This document shows, piece by piece, positions 46,804 through 56,270 of a stretch of 64,000 nucleotides of DNA. The first letter of the stretch is position 1. Every line of letters starts with the position of its first letter. Origin of the DNA: an uncultured Planctomycetota bacterium (GTDB lineage Bacteria; Planctomycetota; Planctomycetia; Isosphaerales; Isosphaeraceae); NCBI GenBank assembly GCA_963823665.1, contig CAWGMQ010000005.1:224001-288000 (forward strand), given 5' to 3'. Both the position numbers and the translations under genes were made by a program. The notes under the pieces are model-generated. The model was not told the origin of the DNA and ran no database searches. It was given only the letters and a program-made list of their open reading frames with translations.

Positions 46804-48141
46804 ATGCCCGCGCCTACAGATGAAGTCGGGCCTCCTCGCGGCGACAGCGCGAGCGCAGCTTTCTCGGACGTGAACGCGCCCGCCCGCATCGGCGGTTACC
46901 GCTGGATCATCTGCGCCCTGCTCTTCTTCGCGACAACGATCAACTACCTCGATCGCCAGGTGCTCGGCATCCTGGCGGCGCCCTTGCAGAAGGAGCTCGA
47001 CTGGTCGGAATCCGACTACGGCTTGATCACGGCCGCGTTCACCGGCGCGTACGCGGCCGGCCAGCTCCTCGTGGGCCGCTTGATGGACGGGCTCGGCACG
47101 CGGCTGGGGCTCAGCCTCGTCGTGTTCTGCTGGAGCCTGGCGGCGATGGGCCATTCGGTGGCACGGTCGGCGCTCGGATTCGGCACGGCGCGACTTGCAC
47201 TGGGATTGAGCGAAGCCGGCAATTTCCCCGCCGCGATAAAGACGGTTGCCGAATGGTTCCCCAAGACGGAGCGCGCCCTCGCCACGGGGATTTTTAACTC
47301 CGGCTCGAACGTCGGGGCGATCGTGGCCCCTCTCATCGTGCCCTGGATTGCAACCCGATTCGGCTGGCAGTGGGCATTCTTGATCACGGGTGCGACGGGC
47401 TTCGTCTGGCTCGCCGCCTGGCTGGCAATCTACCGCAAGCCCGAGGAGCACCCGCGCCTGTCTCGGTCAGAGTTGGCTCACATACGCAGCGATCCTGTCG
47501 AGCCGATGGTCGCGATTCCCTGGTCGAGCCTGATCCGCCATCGGCAGACGTGGGCCTTCGCGGCCGGCAAGTTCTTCACTGACCCGATCTGGTGGTTCTT
47601 CCTTTTCTGGCTGCCGAAATTCCTCGAACAGGAGCACGGCATCACCCTGACCGGCCTCACACTGCCGCTCGTGGTTATCTATCTCGCCGCGGATGTCGGC
47701 AGCATCGGCGGCGGCTGGATCTCGTCGACCCTGATTCACCGCGGCTGGTCGGTGAACGCCTCGCGAAAAACGGCGATGCTCGTCTGCGCGCTCTGCGTGG
47801 TCCCGATCCTGCTGGCCGCGCGGACATCGAGCCTCTGGGTCGCGGTCGGCCTCATCAGCCTGGCGACCGCCGCGCACCAAGGGTGGTCGGCCAACCTCTT
47901 CACACTCGTCTCGGACACGTTTCCGCGACGGGCCGTCGCTTCGGTGGTCGGCATCGGCGGCTTCGCCGGTTCCATCGCCGGCATGTTGATCGCCACCGCG
48001 ACGGGATATCTCTTGCAGTGGACGGGCAGCTACGTGCCGATCTTCTTCGTCGCGTCGTCAGCTTACCTGATCGCGCTCGCAGTCATCCACGCCCTCGTCC
48101 CGGACCTCCAGCCGGCACGGTTGCAAGAAGCGCATGAGTAG
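46804..48141 (+). CDS. exuT: MFS hexuronate transporter (ExuT-like)
   Basis: RWIICALLFFATTINYLDRQ, EAGNFPAAIKTVAEWFP and TDPIWWFFLFWLP motifs; about 12 hydrophobic segments. Confidence 0.85.
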   Translation: MPAPTDEVGPPRGDSASAAFSDVNAPARIGGYRWIICALLFFATTINYLDRQVLGILAAPLQKELDWSESDYGLITAAFTGAYAAGQLLVGRLMDGLGTRLGLSLVVFCWSLAAMGHSVARSALGFGTARLALGLSEAGNFPAAIKTVAEWFPKTERALATGIFNSGSNVGAIVAPLIVPWIATRFGWQWAFLITGATGFVWLAAWLAIYRKPEEHPRLSRSELAHIRSDPVEPMVAIPWSSLIRHRQTWAFAAGKFFTDPIWWFFLFWLPKFLEQEHGITLTGLTLPLVVIYLAADVGSIGGGWISSTLIHRGWSVNASRKTAMLVCALCVVPILLAARTSSLWVAVGLISLATAAHQGWSANLFTLVSDTFPRRAVASVVGIGGFAGSIAGMLIATATGYLLQWTGSYVPIFFVASSAYLIALAVIHALVPDLQPARLQEAHE

Positions 48142-48408
48142 GAACACGCCGTGAGCCCGTACAATCTCCGCGCTGCGCGCATCTGGAATCGCCGGAGGGA
48201 GCCGGCGCTGCGACTGGCTGGGTTTCGTTCGACCTCACGTTTCCCTTCCCTGTCACGCTCGGTTCCGCGTGACCAGGAAGGGCAGGTACGGCAGAGCGAA
48301 AGCCATGGCGATCAGGATGAACATCGTGAGATCGTCAAATTCGCGAGGCATCCGAATGGCTCCGGAAAGCATCGCGACCATTGGGACCGCCACTCATCTG
48401 CGGCGCCT

Positions 48409-49737
48409 CTATTCAGCGAAACCAATCTTCTGCTCCTTGTCGTCCCATGTGACTTTCTTCCCACTGCGCAGCGCCGCGTTGCCGATATGGGCCGCTCGCG
48501 CCGCGGCTATTCCCACGCGGATGGGGGCATTGGGCTCCTTCCGCGTGCGGATGCAATCCAGCCAGTTGCGCAGATGGTCGGAAGTTCCCTCGTATTCGGA
48601 TTCGACATAAATCTTGGGCTCCGGCCGCCAGCGCCGCTCGGCTCGATTGAATTTCGGCCAGCCGCGGCCGCGATCCTCTTCATACAGCGCCAGCGCCGCC
48701 CGGCTGATTTCCAGGGTCCCGTTCGAGCCGTGGAAGATGATGCTGCCGAAATCCATTCCCATCGTGTGGCAGCCCGAATAATTCACCAGGAACCCCTTGG
48801 GATACTCCAGCGTACAGCTCAGGTTATCCGGGCACTCGAAGGGCCAGTCGTAGGCGTGGCCGATGCCCAGGGCGCTCGATGGCGTGTCGCACTCCATATA
48901 CCAGTGAACGGTCTCGATCGCATGCGTCATCAAATCCGCAAGATTGCCGCCGCCAAAATCCCAGAACTGCCGCCATAGCCGAAACTTCATCTGATTGAAG
49001 GGCTGCTCGGGCGCCGATCCCAGCCAGGCCGTCCAGTCGAGATTGGCCGGAGCCGCCTGGCTTTTGGGAAGACTACTCGCTCCTCGCACGCCGTAATTCA
49101 TGAACCAGAAGGCTTCGACAAGCCGCACGACGCCCAGTGCGCCCGACGCGACGATTTGTTTGCCCTGGACGTAGTGGGGCCAGCTCCGTTGCTGGGTGCC
49201 GGTCTGCACGATACGCCCGCTTTTCTCGACGGCCGCGATCTCCTCGGGACCTTGTTCCAGGCTGTGCGTCACCGGTTTCTCGACGTAAACGTCTTTCCCC
49301 GCCGCCAGCGCATCGATGAGCATTTGTTTGTGCCAGTGATCGGGGGCCGCGATGATCACCGCTTCGACATGTTTTTGATCCAGGAGCTTGCGGTAGTCAT
49401 GGAATTTGGCTGTGTTCGCGCCCGCCCTGGCGGCGGCCTGGTCGCGATGCGGCGCGTATACGTCTGCCACGGCCACCAGATCCGCACCCTCCACGGGCTT
49501 CGTCTTCCATTGCAGAATGCCGCCTTGAACCGGCTCCCTCGGCTTGGGCGCCAGGTGGTCCATCAACTGCGCGGCTCGACCGCCTGTTCCGACCACCCCG
49601 ATCCTCACCCGCTCGTTGGCCCCCAAAATGTTCGCGAAGGGTCTGGCGCCTGATGTCGACAAAGCGAGATGCCCCGCTCCGGCGCCCGCAGAACCTTCGA
49701 GAAAGCGGCGACGAGTCGTAGTATCGTTTGTTCGCAT
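48409..49737 (-). CDS. Gfo/Idh/MocA family oxidoreductase with Tat-like signal
   Basis: TRRRFL, GVVGTGGR, APDHWH, DVYVEKP and QTGTQQRS motifs. Confidence 0.9.
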   Translation of the reverse strand: MRTNDTTTRRRFLEGSAGAGAGHLALSTSGARPFANILGANERVRIGVVGTGGRAAQLMDHLAPKPREPVQGGILQWKTKPVEGADLVAVADVYAPHRDQAAARAGANTAKFHDYRKLLDQKHVEAVIIAAPDHWHKQMLIDALAAGKDVYVEKPVTHSLEQGPEEIAAVEKSGRIVQTGTQQRSWPHYVQGKQIVASGALGVVRLVEAFWFMNYGVRGASSLPKSQAAPANLDWTAWLGSAPEQPFNQMKFRLWRQFWDFGGGNLADLMTHAIETVHWYMECDTPSSALGIGHAYDWPFECPDNLSCTLEYPKGFLVNYSGCHTMGMDFGSIIFHGSNGTLEISRAALALYEEDRGRGWPKFNRAERRWRPEPKIYVESEYEGTSDHLRNWLDCIRTRKEPNAPIRVGIAAARAAHIGNAALRSGKKVTWDDKEQKIGFAE

Positions 49738-49776
49738 GCTTGAGCTCCCTGGGCAAATCACAATTGCCCGGATCGA

Positions 49777-50454
49777 TCAATCATCACCCAGCTCAAACTT
49801 CGGGCCAAGCAGTTCTTTCCACTGCTTTTTCTGGGCATCGGTGAGGATGTCTTCGAGCTTCTGACCGTGGTCCTTGCGAATTTGCTCGATCTTCGGTCGA
49901 ATCTCTTGCGGATTACCGCCGGCCTGAGCCTCCTTGATCAGAGGCTCGACTTTCTTGTGCAGCTCCTGCACGATGGCCATGAATTTCATCATTTGTTCTT
50001 GCGTGATCTTCAGCTCTTTCCGGACCTCGTCCTGGCCCAGGGCGAAGGCGCCCTCGATCTGAAGCGCCACCTGCCGCACCCGAGTCTGTTGTTCGGGCTT
50101 GAGCACTTCCTTCAATTGCTTGGCGAGCTTCTCTCGAGCATTCTTCCTGTGCTCCTCGAGCTTCTTTTCACGGTCCGGCCCGGTCTCGTCCTTCAGGGAG
50201 TCGAGGAACGGGCCCGTTTCCATGATCCGATCGATCAGGTTCTGCATCAGCTTCTCTCTCTGCTCGTCGGAGACCTTGAGCTCCTCCAGCACTTTCTCGC
50301 GAAACACGATGAACGGAGGGCCCAGAGCCTCCACGACCTGCTTGCGCTGTTCTTCGGGCACCTGAGCCGCAGCCTTCTGGAACGACTGGCCCCACCCGAG
50401 CACGATCACGGCCAAACCCATCACGGCGCCACGGAAACGGTAGTTGAGCGGCAT
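49777..50454 (-). CDS. Secreted helical protein with Spy/CpxP-like (LTxxQ) repeats
   Basis: Signal peptide; ELKVSDEQ, VLKPEQ, ELKITQEQ and ILTDAQKKQWKELLG repeats; GGAG RBS. Confidence 0.7.
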   Translation of the reverse strand: MPLNYRFRGAVMGLAVIVLGWGQSFQKAAAQVPEEQRKQVVEALGPPFIVFREKVLEELKVSDEQREKLMQNLIDRIMETGPFLDSLKDETGPDREKKLEEHRKNAREKLAKQLKEVLKPEQQTRVRQVALQIEGAFALGQDEVRKELKITQEQMMKFMAIVQELHKKVEPLIKEAQAGGNPQEIRPKIEQIRKDHGQKLEDILTDAQKKQWKELLGPKFELGDD

Positions 50455-50739
50455 CGATTTCTCCCTTTCAGTTCGAGTTGATCCTCCCAGAGTGTATTCC
50501 GCTGTGGCCATGCGCGGCAACCTCCCTGAGAATCAGCCGGAGGTCACTCTTGCATCATCCGGTTCGATCCGTGTTCCACCCGTGGCGATACTCCGAGACC
50601 GTTCTTATACTTCACTTCCAGGGCCTGCTCGAACGCCCGCGAGCCCGCCGGCGCCAGTTCCTGAACCGGATTTCATCCCCGGCAAAGAAATACCGTGGCA
50701 CTTCGCCGAGTCCAGTTATGTCGACAACACCACGACGAC

Positions 50740-51449
50740 GGATCACCCTGTTCGTCGCCCTACTCCACCCTGAATGGTTCCACGATCACGCTGCACCCGC
50801 ACACGATCAGATTTGACATTCCCGCCGGTTGGACTGAGGGCCACGAAAACCGAAGAAACCTCCACCTTTCCCGCAGTCAGCTTGCGAAAGCCGAGCAGCC
50901 CGTTTTCGACGAGTGGGACAGGGAGTTTGCTCCCGCGTGCAACGCGGCTTTCCCATTCACTCGCTGCGCAGCTCATCTCGGCAGCGAAGGCTGGGGAAAC
51001 GATGGCCGCCGATTTGACGACCTCCAGGTACGCGTCTACGAGCTGGCGCGGGTCACTGCGCAAGCAGAGGATCAAATCGACCGCGCAATCGCAGACGCGA
51101 CCGAAGCGATCCGGCTCGAGCCGAATTGCAGCCTGGCATACGCTCACCGCTCCAACCTGTGGACGCTCAAGAAAGAATATGAGAAAGCGAAAGCCGACGC
51201 CGATGCGGTCATTCGCCACGATCCCAAGTCGGCCACGGGCTACATACTGAGAGCGGTCGCGTGGAACTGGCCAAAGAGCTCGGCAGCGCGCTGGCCGACT
51301 GCGACGAGGCGATTCGCCTTGATCCGACGTCGAAAACCCCCCACGCCATCCGCGCCGCGAGCCTCGCCAACAAGGGCGAGCTGGGCGCTGCGCTCGGCGA
51401 ATGGATCACGCATCCCTTCCCCGTCAAACTCACCTTCGGCTCGAAATGA
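50740..51449 (+). pseudogene. Apparent chimeric remnant: unknown domain joined to TPR repeats, frameshift near 51265
   Basis: DRAIADATEAIRLEP, AKADADAVIRHDP and ALADCDEAIRLDP TPR units follow an unrelated segment. No convincing start codon. Confidence 0.5.
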
Positions 51450-51535
51450 AGCGCGTGCGCTCGGATCCGTTCTGATTCGCACGAAACGTCGCTATACTGA
51501 AGCCATCGATCAACCATCGCGGAGGCGGACAAACC

Positions 51536-52063
51536 ATGAAACAGCCCGCGATCAATCGCCGATGGCCAATCCGGTCAGGACGCCGTGGCGTGCTTATCCC
51601 CGCTCAGCTCATCGCCGCCAGCATGCTCTTGCCGTCGGTCGCCGCCGGCACGCCGGGATGCTCGTACGCTTACGAGTATAAGATTCACGGCGTCGTCAGA
51701 AATGCGGTTGACGGCGCTCCACTCGACGGCGTGGCTGTCAGCCTGAAATTACAGCCACGCACCCCGCCGACGAAATGGGTTGGCGCACACGAACGCACCG
51801 CGGGGGCAGCGTCGTCCGATGCAAACGGTTCGTTCTCGGTGCAAACCGTGATCGACGACGTCGAGTTCAAGGTCACGCCCAGATGGGTCTTGAGCCTTAC
51901 CAAAGAAGGTTTCGAGGAGACGATCGTCGACATCAGCCAGCGCGAACAGCCCAAGAGCGGCTCGCCGCCGTACCTGATTGCGGTCGTCGCCTACATGCGC
52001 GCGAGCCCGCCGGGCGCGGCACCGCACCCTGAAGGCGCCGTCAAGAAAGCCGAAGCGCCGTGA
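51536..52063 (+). CDS. Exported protein with carboxypeptidase-regulatory-like beta-sandwich
   Basis: GGAGG RBS; IHGVVRNAVDGAPLDGVAV...SDANGSF...TKEGFE pattern. Confidence 0.6.
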   Translation: MKQPAINRRWPIRSGRRGVLIPAQLIAASMLLPSVAAGTPGCSYAYEYKIHGVVRNAVDGAPLDGVAVSLKLQPRTPPTKWVGAHERTAGAASSDANGSFSVQTVIDDVEFKVTPRWVLSLTKEGFEETIVDISQREQPKSGSPPYLIAVVAYMRASPPGAAPHPEGAVKKAEAP

Positions 52064-52524
52064 ACAAGAAACCCGGCAGTGCCGTCGAAGCCAGCTTGAT
52101 CGATGACGACTGGCCGGAAATCGGGCAAGTCGTCGTGCGTCCTGAGCGAAGCATCTTGTCCCGGCTCTCGCTTGTACTCATCCTCGCCGGGATCGGCGCT
52201 GATTACGCAGGCAAGTCCCAGATTAGGCCCGGCAGTATCGCCTTCAGGGAATCATACTCCCACATCCGCCGCTGCAACGAGTACATCGACTTGGGCATCG
52301 ATGAACTGGCGCTGGCGGAATTTGATCAAGCAGCGACACTGAAAGAACAAGCGCACCGGAAGTGGCATCGCGCGAGCTGGTTGGCCCTTGGCGGAGTGAT
52401 TCTATTCGTCGTGTCCCCGGGCTGCTTCGGCATTTCTCGGTGCGTCGGCGAGCGAGCGTTATCTTTTTGGTTCTTGGTTCTTTCGATCGCCTACGTCTTG
52501 CTGTTAATGATCATTGGTTGCTGA
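52060..52524 (+). CDS. Hypothetical membrane protein
   Basis: GTGA overlap with the upstream gene; three hydrophobic segments. Confidence 0.55.
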   Translation: MNKKPGSAVEASLIDDDWPEIGQVVVRPERSILSRLSLVLILAGIGADYAGKSQIRPGSIAFRESYSHIRRCNEYIDLGIDELALAEFDQAATLKEQAHRKWHRASWLALGGVILFVVSPGCFGISRCVGERALSFWFLVLSIAYVLLLMIIGC

Positions 52525-52573
52525 TCGCCCGCCCATTGATCAGGCCTTTCCGACAACCGGTAATCGCGTTCTA

Positions 52574-53194
52574 ATGATCGGCGATACACACGCGCGTTGG
52601 TTGAAGGAACGAAAGGCGCTCGATCTGGAACATTCCCGCATCAGATACCCCACCTGGCTCGACGTCATCATCGCGGCCGCTCTGGCCGCGGCCCTCTTCG
52701 CGTGCTACCAGCTCGGCTGGATCAGAGCGCACGAGAAGACACCGGTCTTTGAGCGCGACCCGAATTCCATCAGTGCCTGGCTGCACGAGGCTCGATACAT
52801 TCTCAGCTCAGCAATGCAGATCGGTATCATCCTCGCGATCGTGGGCTTCGCTCGCGTGCTCCGCGAGCCGAAATCGGCACGAAGGCTCCTCTTTCGCCAA
52901 CCCGGTGTCGCCGCCTGCGCGGCAATCGTCGCCGCACTGATCACTGCCGGGGCCAACACCGCCCTCTGGCTCGTCCGCTATGTCGAGTTTCACGACATGT
53001 GGTTAACTACCGGCTTCCCCGTCAACGTGTTATTCGATCTTGCAGAAAGGCATGTGAGTATCAGCGTGATCGCCGCCTGGGCTTACCTTGCTTTCGGCGG
53101 CGTGTGGGCACGGGGACGAAACTGGGTCAACTGGCTCGGCGGCACGCTCGGCTTCCTGGCTGTACTGAACACGCTCCTGTGGTACGTGCCATGA
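52574..53194 (+). CDS. Hypothetical multi-pass membrane protein (paralog 1)
   Basis: About five TM segments; RRLLFRQPGVAACAA and W...WVNWLGGTLG motifs. Confidence 0.65.
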   Translation: MIGDTHARWLKERKALDLEHSRIRYPTWLDVIIAAALAAALFACYQLGWIRAHEKTPVFERDPNSISAWLHEARYILSSAMQIGIILAIVGFARVLREPKSARRLLFRQPGVAACAAIVAALITAGANTALWLVRYVEFHDMWLTTGFPVNVLFDLAERHVSISVIAAWAYLAFGGVWARGRNWVNWLGGTLGFLAVLNTLLWYVP

Positions 53195-53811
53195 CACAGC
53201 GCGTGCCTGATCAAACGGTCCCGCTCGGCGATCGACTTCCAGCGAGAAAGCTCACGCTCAAGGATGCGATGGCGCTGATCGCTGCCACCGGCGTGGGGCT
53301 CGCCCTGATCCGTTATTCACTGTCGAAGTGTTTCGTCTGGGAAGAACCAGCGATGCCCGGCCGAATCGTGTATATCACATTCATCAACATCGGCCGGCTT
53401 GTGTACGGAACCATGCCGGTCCTCTTCGCGCTGTGTGCAACCGTTGTGTTCGCGGGCCTTCGTGGTCCACGGCCGCGGAGGCAGGAATTCGCTACGCGCC
53501 CGGGCCTGGCCGCGTGCGCCACGGCCCTTGTGGCCTTTGCCGTCGCGGTCCTCCTCCGGCTGCTCGATTACGCCACGATCGGGATGACACGTCCGATCGA
53601 GGTTTTGCTGGCGAAAGCGCCCGAGCTCTGGTCGCCGCAAGGAATCGACACGTTGTTGCAGTCCGCCGGCAGCGGTGCCATGCCCGCGATCCTGACAGTC
53701 TGGGGATTGCAAAAGCTGAGCGGAGCCTGGCAGCCGATCGCGGAGTGGCCCGATCGCCTCGGCCGAGCGCTCGGCTGGATTTTTCTTCTGTGGATGCTCA
53801 CACCGCATTGA
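53191..53811 (+). CDS. Hypothetical multi-pass membrane protein (paralog 2)
   Basis: ATGA overlap; LTLKDAMALIAATGVGLA, RPRRQEFATRPGLAACAT and WPDRLGRALG motifs. Confidence 0.65.
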   Translation: MTQRVPDQTVPLGDRLPARKLTLKDAMALIAATGVGLALIRYSLSKCFVWEEPAMPGRIVYITFINIGRLVYGTMPVLFALCATVVFAGLRGPRPRRQEFATRPGLAACATALVAFAVAVLLRLLDYATIGMTRPIEVLLAKAPELWSPQGIDTLLQSAGSGAMPAILTVWGLQKLSGAWQPIAEWPDRLGRALGWIFLLWMLTPH

Positions 53812-53964
53812 GCGCGGCATCGAACGACAAAATTCGTTGTCAGGTTTTCAACCGCCCAACGACTAATGGCCACAACCGCGCTACCACTCGCAATCGAGGT
53901 TGCTCAAGATCGAGGTCATTGGGTGGCGAATTCGTGCCTTCAAAAGCCAGAATGGAGTGCTCCC

Positions 53965-55272
53965 ATGATTGATCGTGGACGTACAAAACGCTCTTTGCTT
54001 TTCTGCGGCCTTGAATCACTGGAATCCCGCCAGCTCATGTCGGTCTCCGCGCTTCCAAAACAAGCCCCGAGTTTCATTTACACCGAAACCGACAATTCCA
54101 ACCCCGGCGAGAACGCCGTGATTGCATTCCGCAACGATGGCCACGGCAAGGTCACACAATTTGGATCGTTCAAGACCGACGGCACGGGCCTCGCGAATCC
54201 CCAGGGACTGCTCGGACCGGATGATTCCGACAAGGAAGTCATCGCCAGCCCCGACGGGCGCCTCCTCTTCGCGGTCAACCAGGGAAGCAACTCCGTTGCG
54301 GTGTTTGCCGTCAAACCCAACGGTGCCCTCAAACTCGTGAATAATCAGGCCGTCAGCTCCGGCGGAACCGAGCCTGTCAGTCTCTCGATCGCCGATAACC
54401 GCCTTTACGTCGTCAATCGTGGAGACGAGGTCCAGGGCCAACCCGGCTCGATCGCTCCCACCATCACGGTTTTCACCATCCGGCCCGATGGCAATCTCAC
54501 GCCGGACTTCTCAGCCACGACGACGCTGCCAGTCGGCATTTCCCCCTCCCAGTTGCTCATCTCCTCGACGTCACACCTGGCGTTTCTCGACACCTTCACG
54601 CCCCCTCCGCTCAACAATGTGACCGACGCGAACGAGGTGCTGCCGTTCCAGATTGCTGCCAATGGCGCGCTCATTCCCGTTTCCAGCGGCGGACTGGGCG
54701 CGCCCGCGACGCCGCCGCTTCTTCTCGGCCTGGCAGAGCACCCGACGCAAAACATCATCTATGCGGGGCTAACCGGGGCCAGTCAGGTCGCCACCTTCAC
54801 GTTCGATGGCGCCGGCGATCTGAGCCTTGCCGGCACGGTGCCCGTTCAGGGTCACGGACCGTGCTGGACCGTCGTCAGCTCGAATGGAGCCTTCCTTTAT
54901 ACTGTCGACACCGGCACGAACAGCGTCGGCGTGTTCTCGCTGGCGAATCCCACGCACCCCGTTCAGATCCAGGAATTCGTGCTCGGCGGGCCATCGAATT
55001 CGACCGGCGACCCCACCGCCGCGCTCGAGGTCGCGCCCTTTGAATTTGCTCTCGACCCCAGCGGCAACACGCTCTATGTCATCGACCATCAGACTGATGC
55101 CGCGGGCAATTTTCCCCAAGGCAACGCGCTCCACGTTCTGTCGGTCGCGCCTAACGGCATCCTTTCCGAAAGCAGCAGCTCACCGCTCTTTCTTCCGCCT
55201 GACATTCCCGCAGGAGCCGACCCGCAGGGCGTTGCGGTGATTGCGGATCCCGCTCGGGTCACGGTACGATGA
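53965..55272 (+). CDS. Lactonase-family beta-propeller protein with LEPRxLL-type leader
   Basis: LESLESRQLMS leader; SPDGRLLFAVNQGSNSVAVF, SGGTEPVSL and GPCWTVVSSNGAFLY blades. Confidence 0.8.
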   Translation: MIDRGRTKRSLLFCGLESLESRQLMSVSALPKQAPSFIYTETDNSNPGENAVIAFRNDGHGKVTQFGSFKTDGTGLANPQGLLGPDDSDKEVIASPDGRLLFAVNQGSNSVAVFAVKPNGALKLVNNQAVSSGGTEPVSLSIADNRLYVVNRGDEVQGQPGSIAPTITVFTIRPDGNLTPDFSATTTLPVGISPSQLLISSTSHLAFLDTFTPPPLNNVTDANEVLPFQIAANGALIPVSSGGLGAPATPPLLLGLAEHPTQNIIYAGLTGASQVATFTFDGAGDLSLAGTVPVQGHGPCWTVVSSNGAFLYTVDTGTNSVGVFSLANPTHPVQIQEFVLGGPSNSTGDPTAALEVAPFEFALDPSGNTLYVIDHQTDAAGNFPQGNALHVLSVAPNGILSESSSSPLFLPPDIPAGADPQGVAVIADPARVTVR

Positions 55273-55980
55273 CCATGAAAATGGCGAATCAGTCTCGAAC
55301 CACCGTCAAGGACAGACCAGTAGCGCCGCCATTCGGCATCGCGCCGGGGCAGGGAGAAGACCCGCCCGGCGCGACCCGACGGGGCCCCTTTCCTCTCCCC
55401 CAGGCCGCTTCAACTCCCGGCTCGCCATCCATCCCCGAACAATGGCTCAGCCTCCACGGCGATGCGCTTTTTCGATATGCGCTCTTATTTGTCGGCGACG
55501 AACATCATGCCGAGGATCTGGTCCAGGAGACGCTGCTCGCGGCACTCGAAAGCCGCGAGCGCTACTCGGCCGGCGCTTCCGAGCGAACCTGGCTCATCGC
55601 CATTCTCCGGCACAAGGCGCTCGACGACCGTCGCCGCAATCATCGCCGCGACCAGTATCTTGCCGGCGTCGATCCCGCGGTCGAAGGCAACTTCAATCGC
55701 TTCGGAAAATGGCGCAAGCCGCCGGGCCGCTGGACGCCCGCTCCAGAAGTCGCTGCTTGAGTCACAAGAATTCGGGACGGTCTTTCAAAGTTGCATGACC
55801 GCTCTGCCGGTGCGCATGCGCGAGGCATTCGCATTGCGCGTGGTCGAAAGCCTTGACGCAACCGAAACCTGCCGGATACTGGAAATCTCAAGCGCCAATC
55901 TCTGGACACTGCTCTACCGGGCCCGCGAGCGGCTAAGGCGCTGTCTGGAAGGCAAGTGGTTTAGCAAAGAGGAACGCTGA
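55269..55980 (+). CDS. ECF sigma-70 factor; frameshift near 55750
   Basis: AEDLVQETLLAA and RTWLIAILRHKALD (region 2); CRILEISSANLWTLLYRARERLRRCLE (region 4). Confidence 0.85.
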
Positions 55981-55981
55981 T

Positions 55982-56242
55982 ATGTTCTCGTGCCGCCAAG
56001 CCGTCCGGCGGACTCTCGAAATGCTGGAACGCCGCCTTTCGCCGACCGAACGACTGGCTCGCTCGGCCCATATGGCGCTCTGCCGCCATTGCCGCGCCCA
56101 CTCGCGTCAAATCCACGGCCTCCTCTTCGTCCTCAAACCCCACGACAATCTCGCCGACGTCGCCCTGCCCCGCCTCTCCCCCACAGCCCGCGCCCGCATC
56201 GCCGCAGCCATCACCGCCGCAAATCCCCTGCCCCCAATCTAA
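55982..56242 (+). CDS. Zinc-binding anti-sigma factor (zf-HC2)
   Basis: MFSC...HMALCRHC (HxxxCxxC) directly after the sigma factor. Confidence 0.8.
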   Translation: MFSCRQAVRRTLEMLERRLSPTERLARSAHMALCRHCRAHSRQIHGLLFVLKPHDNLADVALPRLSPTARARIAAAITAANPLPPI

Positions 56243-56269
56243 AATCCGAAATCTGAAATCCGAAATTGA
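56235..56269 (+). repeat. Short heptamer tandem repeat
   Basis: CAATCTA AAATCCG AAATCTG AAATCCG AAATTGA between convergent genes. Confidence 0.75.
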
Positions 56270-56270
56270 A

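Noticed and set aside
48250..48385. Small minus-strand hydrophobic ORF (MVAMLSGAIRMPREFDDLTMFILIAMAF...)
   Set aside because: Too short, with no clear RBS or recognisable homology.
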